From NCBI GenBank assembly GCA_047516945.1, contig JAKZTU010000162.1:455-64454 (forward strand): a DNA stretch of 64,000 bases, given 5' to 3'. This document shows positions 54,738 to 64,000 of the stretch, piece by piece. Numbering within the stretch: the stretch's first letter is position 1; each line of letters starts with the position of its first letter. The position numbers and the translations under genes are program-made. Source of the DNA: Acidimicrobiales bacterium. Its GTDB lineage: Bacteria > Actinomycetota > Acidimicrobiia > Acidimicrobiales > Aldehydirespiratoraceae. The notes below the pieces were generated by a model. It was not told where the DNA came from. It worked only from the letters and a program-made list of their open reading frames with translations, and searched no databases.

Positions 54738-56000
54738 ATGGCCACAACAAAAACCTCAACAGCTAACAAATCAGCGAAAGTGTCGGCGAGCAAGATCAGC
54801 GATGACAGCGTCTGGATCTTGGGTACCAACATGACCCGATTCGGACGTTACCCCGACCAAGACGTGGTTGATCTGGCAGCAGAAGCCTCGATGGCTGCAC
54901 TTGACGACGGCAACGTGACGATCCATGACATGGATGTGCTCGCTGCAGGGTCGCTATTCAATGCGTCTACGGGAATGGGACAGCGAATCCAAAAGCAGAT
55001 CGGACAAACCGGCATTCCGGTGTTCAATGTTGCCAACGCCTGCGCCACCGGCGCTACCGCGCTACGGACCGTCTACCTCTCGATCAAAGCAGGTGAGGCC
55101 GATATGGGCTTGGCGGTGGGCGTTGAGCAGATGGGCAAGATGGGTCTGCTGGGAGGCGCGGGCACCAAGCAAGAAAAGAAGGTCTTTGAGCCTTCTGGGC
55201 GCTACGGCGCAGTCACTGGTATCGACGGCTACATCGGTACAGAAGGCATGCCCGGAGTGTTCGCTCAGGCAGGGATGGAGTACGCCAACGACTACGACGG
55301 TGTTGGATTCGAGCAATTCGCCAGAGTGGCTTACAAGAACCATCTGCATTCCACGCTCAACCCGTTAGCGCAGTACCGCAAAGAGTTCTCCATGGAAGAA
55401 ATCATGACTTCGCCGACAATGAGTTACCCCAACACCTTGCTGATGTGTTGCCCGACCGGAGATGGGGCGGCCTCAGCCGTGCTTATCTCGGGTCAACGGC
55501 TCAAGAGCATGCCAGTGGACCTTCGTCGGCGCGCGGTCAAAGTTTCTGCTTCGGTGCTGACCTCAGACCCCTACACCGAATCGAGTCAGGTACAACCCGA
55601 TGTCAACACTTTGACTCGTAACGCGGCTGCCAAGGCATATGAAACCGCTGGTGTCGGTCCAGAAGACCTTGACCTGGTCGAACTCCACGATTGCTTCGCC
55701 ACGGCCGAGTTGATCCACTACGACAACCTCGGTCTGTGTGAGCGTGGCGGTGCGGGTGACTTCATTGATTCGGGTGCCCCGTTTCGTGACGGCACGACAC
55801 CGGTCAACGTGTCCGGTGGTTTGATCTCGAAAGGCCACCCCATTGGGGCGACTGGCGTGGCCAATGTGTTTGAGGTCGCGACCCATCTTCGGGGTGAAGC
55901 CAAAGATCGGCAGATTCCAGATGCCAAGGTCGGCCTGGCACATGTGATCGGTTTAGGGTCGGCGTGTGGTATCCATATCTTGGAGAAGGCCGCCGTCTGA
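54738..56000 (+). CDS. thiolase-domain protein (SCP-x/non-specific lipid-transfer thiolase type)
   Basis: Active-site Cys block FNVANACATGATAL. C-terminal motifs NVSGGLISKGHPIGATG and GLGSACG. Confidence 0.85.
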   Translation: MATTKTSTANKSAKVSASKISDDSVWILGTNMTRFGRYPDQDVVDLAAEASMAALDDGNVTIHDMDVLAAGSLFNASTGMGQRIQKQIGQTGIPVFNVANACATGATALRTVYLSIKAGEADMGLAVGVEQMGKMGLLGGAGTKQEKKVFEPSGRYGAVTGIDGYIGTEGMPGVFAQAGMEYANDYDGVGFEQFARVAYKNHLHSTLNPLAQYRKEFSMEEIMTSPTMSYPNTLLMCCPTGDGAASAVLISGQRLKSMPVDLRRRAVKVSASVLTSDPYTESSQVQPDVNTLTRNAAAKAYETAGVGPEDLDLVELHDCFATAELIHYDNLGLCERGGAGDFIDSGAPFRDGTTPVNVSGGLISKGHPIGATGVANVFEVATHLRGEAKDRQIPDAKVGLAHVIGLGSACGIHILEKAAV

Positions 56001-56033
56001 TTTGGCCCGGAGCATGATGCAGCGAGTCACAAC

Positions 56034-58883
56034 ATGACGCTGCGAGTTACTGTCACGCCGCATCGCGATGCAGAGGGCGAAGCGGTGGTGTCCTCGGCTC
56101 CCCTCGTTGGCGTTACCGGACTCGTCGATTGTCGTGTTTCTCGGATCTATCACCTCGAGTCGGTAGGCGAGCTAAGCCTTACTGATGTCGACCGACTGTG
56201 CCGTGAGGTGCTTGTCGATCCTGTTGTTGCGCAGTACTCCACAGGTGAAGCAGACCGAGTTGAGGGCCGCGCAATAGAGGTTGCAGCACTTCCGGGCGTA
56301 ACTGACATTGAAGCAAGAGAACTTGAGCGCGCAGCACGGCAACTGGGGCTGGAGGAATTACGAGTTTCGACGGCGATCCGCTATGACCTGATCGGAGATC
56401 TTGACGACGAAGCGGTGGCCACCATCACTAGGAGGCTGCTAGCCAACGACACCATCGAGCAGTCATGTGAAGGCAACTTGCCGCCGACCTTTGTTGCGCA
56501 AGCCTCAGCAGATACCAAGGTTGAATCGGTACCGCTCAGCGACCTCAGTGATGCGGAACTTGTGGCTTTGAGTAGGGAGCGGGTGCTCTCACTCGATGTC
56601 AATGAGATGCGCGTGATCCAAGCCTATTTCGACGATATTGCACGGAGTCCTACCGACGCGGAGCTCGAAACGCTGGCTCAGACTTGGTCTGAGCACTGCG
56701 TACACAAAACCTTCCGGGCAGCAATCGAGTTGACCCACATCGCAGCCGATGGCAGCAAAACGGTGACCAAACACAATGGCTTGTTGCAGGCTCTGCGCGA
56801 AGTGACCGAAGAACTAAACCCGTGGTGGCTGCGATCAGCGTTTGTTGATGACGCCGGAATCGTCGCCTTCGACGACGAGTTTGATCTCGCCTTCAAGGTT
56901 GAAACCCACAACCACCCATCCGCCCTTGAACCCTTCGGTGGAGCCAATACCGGGGTAGGGGGAGTGGTGCGCGACATTCTGGGAGTCTCGGCTCGGCCCA
57001 TAGCCTGCACCAACGTTTTGTGTTTTGGTCCCGCTGATCTGCCCGATGAGCGCTTGTTGCCAGGGTTGTTGCACCCGCGGCGTATTCGGGACGGCGTCGT
57101 GGCCGGAATCGCTGACTATGGCAACAAGCTGGGTCTGCCCACCGTCAATGGTGCAGTCGTATATCACGAGGGATATATCGGCAACCCGCTGGTGTATTGC
57201 GGTGCGCTGGGACTCCTGCGGAATGGAACCCATCCCACCGCAGCGCGCGTTGGTGACCGGGTGGTCTCCATCGGGGGCAGGGTTGGTCGAGACGGAATCC
57301 ACGGTGCCACCTTTTCCTCGGCGACGATGGACACTTCAACCGTGGACAGCGTTGGTGCCGCCGTGCAGATCGGGGATCCGATAACAGAAAAGGGATGTAT
57401 CGAGGTGGTGGAGCGGGCTTGTCAAGCGGGCTTGTACAACGCCATCACAGACTGTGGAGCGGGAGGGTTCTCATCGGCCATCGGGGAGATGGGCGAGGAT
57501 CTTGGTGTGGAGGTCAACCTTGAAGGCGTGCGCCTGAAGTATCCGGGTCTGCAACCCTGGGAGATTTGGCTGTCCGAAGCCCAAGAGCGCATGGTTATGG
57601 CTGTTCCGGTCAAGTCGCTGCCCGCCCTGGCCGAACTTTGCGATGACTGGGATGTGGAACTCACCGATCTTGGCAGCTTCACCGGCTCCGGAGCCCTCCT
57701 GGTTCGACATGGCGACACACCAGTCATCGACATGTCCATGGATTTCCTGCACAACGGGTTGCCCCGACGGGAAATGACGGCAACTTGGGTTGACCCGCCA
57801 GCCGCGGCGATCCAGTCACCCCCGGTCACCGACAAGATGCTTTTTGCGCTCCTCACGCATCCCGATGTTGCCAGCAAAGAGGACATTGTGCGCCGCTACG
57901 ACCATGAGGTCAGGGCAGGAACCGTGGTACGTCCCTTGGTAGGTCGCAACGCTGACGGGCCAGGCGATGCCGCGGTTGTCAAGCCACTTGGAACGAACCA
58001 CACACCGGTGGCTGCAGTGTTGAGCAATGGCCTGTGTCCGCGAGTCGGAAAGCATGATCCTTACGCGATGGCACTGCTGGCGCTGGACGAGGCCGTCCGT
58101 AATCTCGTGGCCGTAGGGGGCAACCCTGATCGGGTGGCCCTGCTCGACAATTTCTGTTGGGGAGATCCGACCAAAAGTGATCGTCTCGGCAGTCTGGTGC
58201 GCGCCGTGCAAGGCTGTACCGACGGAGCTCGCCGCTACGCGATGCCGTTTATTTCCGGTAAGGACAGCCTCTTCAACGAGTTCGAAGGGCGAGCAATCCC
58301 ACCCACATTGCTGATCTCGGCACTCGGTTTAGTTCCCGATCTCAACAGTGCGATCGATTCAGCGGGCATGGCGGTTGGCGACGATCTATGGCTGGTTGGG
58401 GAGGGGAGTGGCTCGCTCGGCGGTTCTGTGGCCGACACCATCTACGACCTCGGAGCCAACGACGTCCCTCGACCTCTGGATGACCCGTTACCGCGTTATC
58501 GAGCCGTCCATTCCGCCATCATGGCGGGATTGGTGACCGCCGCGCACGACTGTAGCGATGGAGGTGTCGCTGTTGCCGTAGCTGAGATGTCGATTGCCGC
58601 GCGACACGGCGTGGCTGTGGCGGTGCCCGCTGATGGACTTGATCGGTTTGTGGCTCTTACCAACGAGGGACCCGGTCGACTTGTGCTGGCCGCGCTCCCC
58701 AGGGACCGCGATGCGCTAGGCGCGATCTTGGGCACTCATGGGCGACGCATCGGCAAGGTGACCGCCGATGATCGGATCACCCTGAGTGTTGCGGCCCAAA
58801 GCGGTGACACCACTGAGGGTGCCGGCATCGTGGTGGAAGTCCAAGACGCGGTAGCAGCTTTCACAGGGCGACCAAGGGCGTGA
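56034..58883 (+). CDS. purL: FGAM synthase II (PurL) with two fused N-terminal PurS-like modules
   Basis: 949 aa. The canonical small-PurL core starts near residue 165 (...LAQTWSEHCVHKTF, VETHNHPSALEPFGGA, GGVVRD). Residues 1-150 form two PurS-like repeats ending in REVLVDPVVAQY and RRLLANDTIEQS. Confidence 0.9.
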   Translation: MTLRVTVTPHRDAEGEAVVSSAPLVGVTGLVDCRVSRIYHLESVGELSLTDVDRLCREVLVDPVVAQYSTGEADRVEGRAIEVAALPGVTDIEARELERAARQLGLEELRVSTAIRYDLIGDLDDEAVATITRRLLANDTIEQSCEGNLPPTFVAQASADTKVESVPLSDLSDAELVALSRERVLSLDVNEMRVIQAYFDDIARSPTDAELETLAQTWSEHCVHKTFRAAIELTHIAADGSKTVTKHNGLLQALREVTEELNPWWLRSAFVDDAGIVAFDDEFDLAFKVETHNHPSALEPFGGANTGVGGVVRDILGVSARPIACTNVLCFGPADLPDERLLPGLLHPRRIRDGVVAGIADYGNKLGLPTVNGAVVYHEGYIGNPLVYCGALGLLRNGTHPTAARVGDRVVSIGGRVGRDGIHGATFSSATMDTSTVDSVGAAVQIGDPITEKGCIEVVERACQAGLYNAITDCGAGGFSSAIGEMGEDLGVEVNLEGVRLKYPGLQPWEIWLSEAQERMVMAVPVKSLPALAELCDDWDVELTDLGSFTGSGALLVRHGDTPVIDMSMDFLHNGLPRREMTATWVDPPAAAIQSPPVTDKMLFALLTHPDVASKEDIVRRYDHEVRAGTVVRPLVGRNADGPGDAAVVKPLGTNHTPVAAVLSNGLCPRVGKHDPYAMALLALDEAVRNLVAVGGNPDRVALLDNFCWGDPTKSDRLGSLVRAVQGCTDGARRYAMPFISGKDSLFNEFEGRAIPPTLLISALGLVPDLNSAIDSAGMAVGDDLWLVGEGSGSLGGSVADTIYDLGANDVPRPLDDPLPRYRAVHSAIMAGLVTAAHDCSDGGVAVAVAEMSIAARHGVAVAVPADGLDRFVALTNEGPGRLVLAALPRDRDALGAILGTHGRRIGKVTADDRITLSVAAQSGDTTEGAGIVVEVQDAVAAFTGRPRA

Positions 58884-59692
58884 GTACACCACCGATCCTC
58901 GTAGTGCACGCTTCGGGCACAAATCGTGATGGTGATGCCGCGCAGGCGATTGAACTGGCTGGTGGAAGCCCTCGCATCGTTCACGTCAATCAACTGCGCC
59001 GAGGCCAAGTGAAGGTCAGTGACCATGCTGCGGTGTTGATTCCTGGTGGGTTTTCCTACGGTGACGCGCTCGGTGCCGGGCAGAGACTCGCTCTAGAGCT
59101 GCGATTGTGGTTCGGTCATGAGTTATCTGAGGTGGTAGCTGCGGGAAAGCCCGTGCTGGGAATCTGCAACGGTTTCCAAGTGCTGGTAAAGGCTGGACTG
59201 TTGCCAGGACGCCTTGGCGATGACCCTGTAACCAGCGCCCGCCGAGTGACGCTGACCGAGAATTCTCGCGGCAAGTTTGAATGCCGCTGGGTTACGTTGC
59301 GAGTGGAACCAACGGTTCGCAGCACCTGGCTGCGATCGATCAGAGGCGCGATCATTCGCTGTCCTATTGCACACGGCGAGGGTCGTTTTGTGAGTGCCGA
59401 CGAGTCGGTAACCGACGAACTGGAAGCTCAGGGTTTGGTTGCCTTCAGGTATCAAGATTGTGGAGCGGCACCACCAGGTGCGGACCACTCCCTTCGTGCG
59501 GCCGCGGGTGCCTACCCTGCAAACCCCAATGGTTCCACCGCGGACATCGCCGGGATCTGTGACCAGACGGGTGCGGTCGTCGGGCTGATGCCCCATCCAG
59601 AGGACCATGTGCTCGATTGGCAGCGACCGAACGGAGACCCCGGTGCTTCGGGACTTCCTTTGTTTGAAGCTTTTGTGTCGGCGGCCAGATGA
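58880..59692 (+). CDS. purQ: FGAM synthase I, glutaminase subunit
   Basis: Motifs LIPGGFSYGD, the nucleophile Cys block LGICNGFQVL, and IAHGEGRF. GTGA overlap with purL. Confidence 0.9.
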   Translation: MSTPPILVVHASGTNRDGDAAQAIELAGGSPRIVHVNQLRRGQVKVSDHAAVLIPGGFSYGDALGAGQRLALELRLWFGHELSEVVAAGKPVLGICNGFQVLVKAGLLPGRLGDDPVTSARRVTLTENSRGKFECRWVTLRVEPTVRSTWLRSIRGAIIRCPIAHGEGRFVSADESVTDELEAQGLVAFRYQDCGAAPPGADHSLRAAAGAYPANPNGSTADIAGICDQTGAVVGLMPHPEDHVLDWQRPNGDPGASGLPLFEAFVSAAR

Positions 59693-60654
59693 TGATTGAC
59701 CTGGCACCTGCCCAAGAGGCCCCTTTCGACGGTCTTGACTCCACAGCACTGGCCGATATCGGGCCTCTGCGACGGGGCAAGGTGAGAGACATCATCGATC
59801 TCGACGACCGGTTGGTACTGGTCTCGACGGACCGAGTATCAGCTTTTGACCGTGTCTTGGGAACCGTGCCTTTCCGAGGTCAGATCCTCACTGAACTTTC
59901 AGCATGGTGGTTTCGCCAGCTCTCCGACATCGTTGCGTCGCACGTTTTGGCGGTGCCCGACCCGAACGTCACCATCGCGCGGAAGTGTCGGACCTTGCCG
60001 GTGGAAGTAGTAGTGAGAGACCGTCTGACTGGCACGACTTCCACTTCTCTATGGACTCAATATGCGACAGGAAAGCGCCAGATTTATGGCATGGTATTTC
60101 CTGATGGAATGGAAAAAAACGAGCAGCTTTCGAGCGCAATCATCACCCCAACCACCAAAGCTGCCGACGGTGAGCACGACACGCCGATCACCGAAGCAGA
60201 CATTGTCGCTAACGGACTCGTTGATGCACAGCGCTGGGACGAAGTACGGACCGTTGCACTCGAGATGTTTGAACGGGGGAGAACCGTAGCAGCGGCCGCA
60301 GGGTTGATTCTGGTCGACACCAAATACGAATTTGGACTTGACGAGCAGGACCAGCTCACCGTTATCGACGAGGTACACACTCCTGACAGTTCGCGATATT
60401 GGCGTGAGTCGAGCCTTGCGCAGCGCCTTGACGGGGGACTTGAGCCCGAAAACCTCGACAAGGAGGTGATCCGGCTTGTTTACGCTGAGCGAGGTTACCG
60501 AGGTGAGGGAGAGCCCCCCTTGCTTGATTCGGCGTTGGCGAGTCGAGCAGCACACGTCTACGCGGAGGCCTTCGAGTTGCTCACCACCGCAGCGCTCTCA
60601 CCGGCCTCGTATCCGGCTGCTCCCCGAATCGAGGCAGCTATCAGGGCATTGTAG
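59689..60654 (+). CDS. purC: SAICAR synthetase
   Basis: Motifs RRGKVRDII, LVSTDRVSAFD and LVDTKYEFG. ATGA overlap with purQ. Confidence 0.9.
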   Translation: MMIDLAPAQEAPFDGLDSTALADIGPLRRGKVRDIIDLDDRLVLVSTDRVSAFDRVLGTVPFRGQILTELSAWWFRQLSDIVASHVLAVPDPNVTIARKCRTLPVEVVVRDRLTGTTSTSLWTQYATGKRQIYGMVFPDGMEKNEQLSSAIITPTTKAADGEHDTPITEADIVANGLVDAQRWDEVRTVALEMFERGRTVAAAAGLILVDTKYEFGLDEQDQLTVIDEVHTPDSSRYWRESSLAQRLDGGLEPENLDKEVIRLVYAERGYRGEGEPPLLDSALASRAAHVYAEAFELLTTAALSPASYPAAPRIEAAIRAL

Positions 60655-60749
60655 AGGTCGATCGAATCGGTCTTCTTGAAGGGTCCGCGAATGTAGTTGC
60701 GGGGGATGCGAAACTTCGCTGTGTGGGGCGACTAGCCAAGGTCCGATGG

Positions 60750-60800
60750 CGTGAGCTGTGATTCGCCGTGAGCTGTGATCCGCCGTGAGCTGTGATCCGC
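60750..60800. repeat. 3 x 17-bp tandem repeat (CGTGAGCTGTGATYCGC) that includes the purE start codon
   Basis: Units at 60750-60766, 60767-60783 and 60784-60800. Units 2 and 3 are identical; unit 1 differs at one position. Confidence 0.95.
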
Positions 60801-61276
60801 TTGTAGGCGTCATCATGGGCAGCGATTCGGATTGGGAGACCATGCGATTCGCCGCCGATGTTCTGGCCGATTTCGGTATAGCCCATGAGTGCCGCGTGGT
60901 GTCGGCACACCGGACCCCCGACCTCATGGACGAATATGCCAGAAATGCCGAGTCACGAGGCTTGCGAGTAATTATCGCCGGTGCGGGAGGGGCCGCTCAT
61001 CTTCCTGGAATGGTTGCTTCCCACACGCTGGTTCCGGTCATCGGTGTGCCCATCAAGAGCCGCACCCTCAACGGCATCGACTCCCTGTTGTCGATCGTGC
61101 AGATGCCGGCGGGCGTTCCAGTGGCGACGATGGCGATCGGTCAAGCCGGAGCAACCAACGCAGGACTATTTGCGGTAGCGATACTCGCTACCGGAACTCC
61201 CGAGCTAGCTGATCGCCTACGCTCGCGTCGCGCTGAGCAGGCCGCCCGTATCCGAGCGCTCGAACTAGATCCATGA
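60785..61276 (+). CDS. purE: N5-CAIR mutase
   Basis: [16 protein letters not shown] and [13 protein letters not shown]. The GTG start lies inside the third 17-bp repeat unit. Confidence 0.9.
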   Translation: MSCDPLVGVIMGSDSDWETMRFAADVLADFGIAHECRVVSAHRTPDLMDEYARNAESRGLRVIIAGAGGAAHLPGMVASHTLVPVIGVPIKSRTLNGIDSLLSIVQMPAGVPVATMAIGQAGATNAGLFAVAILATGTPELADRLRSRRAEQAARIRALELDP

Positions 61277-62438
61277 CATCGCCCCGGACACAACAACCAG
61301 GTGCACAGGCGCCGCTCCCGCCTGGATCCACTATCGGTGTTGTTGGTGGTGGCCAACTTGGGCGCATGTTGGCTTATGCGGCCCATCAGCACGGTTACCG
61401 AGTAGCTGTATTGACCGGTGGAGACAAGGACACCCCTGCCGGCACGGTGGCGGAGATCGAAATCGCTGCTGGTTTCGACGACGAGGTTGCCATCGAGCGT
61501 CTACTCGCAGAATCCGACGTGATCACCTGGGAATTCGAAAATGTTGATGTAGGGATCGCCGCCGCAGCAGCAAGTGTCGGCCTGGAGGTTCGTCCCAGCG
61601 GCAAGATCATCGCCACCGCCCAGAATCGCCGCGAAGAAAAGGATGCGTTGGTCGCAGCGGGGGTTGCTGTAGCCGTTTGGCGCTCTGCGAGCAGCGAGTC
61701 AGAGCTTGCCGCTGTGGCCCAAGAACTCGGTTTTCCGGTCATTGCCAAGGCTGCGCGCTTCGGCTACGACGGCAAAGGACAGGCACGGATCGAGCGGACC
61801 TGTGAAGTCGCCGATGTTTGGCGGCGCTTGGGGTCTCAACACTTGGTGGTCGAGTCTGTCGTGGATTTCGAACGGGAAATTTCGGTGATTGTGGCCCGTT
61901 CTCATCTTGGCGAGGTTGTGGACCATGGTGTGATGGAGAACCATCACGTCAACCACATTCTCGACAGCACCATCACCCCCGCGCACCTCAGCGCGCAAGC
62001 GGTGAGCGAAGCCACCGCCATAGCGGCTCGGATTGCCGACGAGTGGGGCCTAGTTGGCGTCATGTGCGTTGAGATGTTTGACGCTGCTGATGGATTGATC
62101 GTCAACGAGGTTGCTCCTCGCCCACACAACTCGGGGCACTGCACTATCGAGGCTGCGTCAACCAGTCAGTTTGCCCAACAACTCCGTGCTGTGGTTGGTA
62201 TGCCACTTGGCGACGGGAGTTGCAAACCAGCTGCGATGGTGCAACTTCTTGGTGATCTTTTCCTCGAAGGCGAACCAGATTGGTCACAAGTCTTCGCGGC
62301 TCGCGATGTGTACCTTCACCTCTACGGAAAACACGAAGCTCGCGAAGGTCGAAAAATGGGTCATATGACAGCTGTTGGTGATGACGCTGACTGCCTCTTG
62401 GATAGAGTTGTTGCCTTGCGGCAGGCTCTGGCTGACCG

Positions 62439-62442
<4 letters not shown>
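61273..62442 (+). CDS. purK: N5-CAIR synthetase (ATP-grasp)
   Basis: Motifs [17 protein letters not shown] and [16 protein letters not shown] overlap with purE. Confidence 0.9.

Positions 62443-64000
<1,558 letters not shown>

Noticed and set aside
60598-60927. 109-aa and 89-aa minus-strand ORFs with repeated SQLTA-HSSR peptides
   Set aside because: The periodic peptide is just the antisense reading of the 17-bp tandem repeat at the purE start. The ORFs also overlap purE.

Overview
Mostly core chromosome of a moderately GC-rich actinobacterium. Actinomycetota-type synteny is visible: trpD beside a DEDD-exonuclease/GIY-YIG protein, mtrA-mtrB plus an lpqB-like gene, sepF-divIVA, bpa, and dnaE. 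About 65 protein genes are tightly packed, many with ATGA/GTGA start-stop overlaps. Main blocks, in order: (1) arfB, RNase P RNA (minus strand, about 1055-1428), an orphan RfbH/ColD-like sugar dehydratase homologue, trpD, and the exonuclease/GIY-YIG fusion. (2) A Tat-subunit plus GMC oxidoreductase pair, queG, a GT4 glycosyltransferase, an aminotransferase, glpK and pfkA. (3) The mtrA-mtrB-lpqB-like set, ppm1, a DUF3040 gene, and a MoxR/DUF58/transglutaminase triad. (4) A ROK kinase, small membrane protein, HNH and LplA-like operon. (5) A complete dcw cell-division/cell-wall cluster: mraZ-rsmH-ftsL-ftsI-murE-mraY-murD-ftsW-murG-murC-murB-ftsQ-ftsZ-pgeF-yggS-sepF-divIVA. (6) A lysine-rich DksA-like gene, rluD, an Rrf2 regulator, an NPP-family phosphodiesterase, bpa and dnaE. 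(7) A nitroreductase and a DUF35/thiolase pair. (8) A compact pur operon, purL(with fused PurS modules)-purQ-purC-purE-purK-purF-purD. I saw no rRNA, tRNA, CRISPR array, transposase, integrase or prophage genes. I did not find a convincing novel multi-gene (for example defence) system. The most unusual items are: a PurS-PurS-PurL fusion; three 20-bp direct repeats between bpa and dnaE; a 3 x 17-bp tandem duplication of the purE start that creates chained mini-ORFs; an orphan His-for-Lys DegT-family enzyme; a histone-tail DksA-like protein with a degenerate zinc finger; and a dcw cluster lacking murF and yggT. All homology calls come from motif recognition by eye, not database searches.
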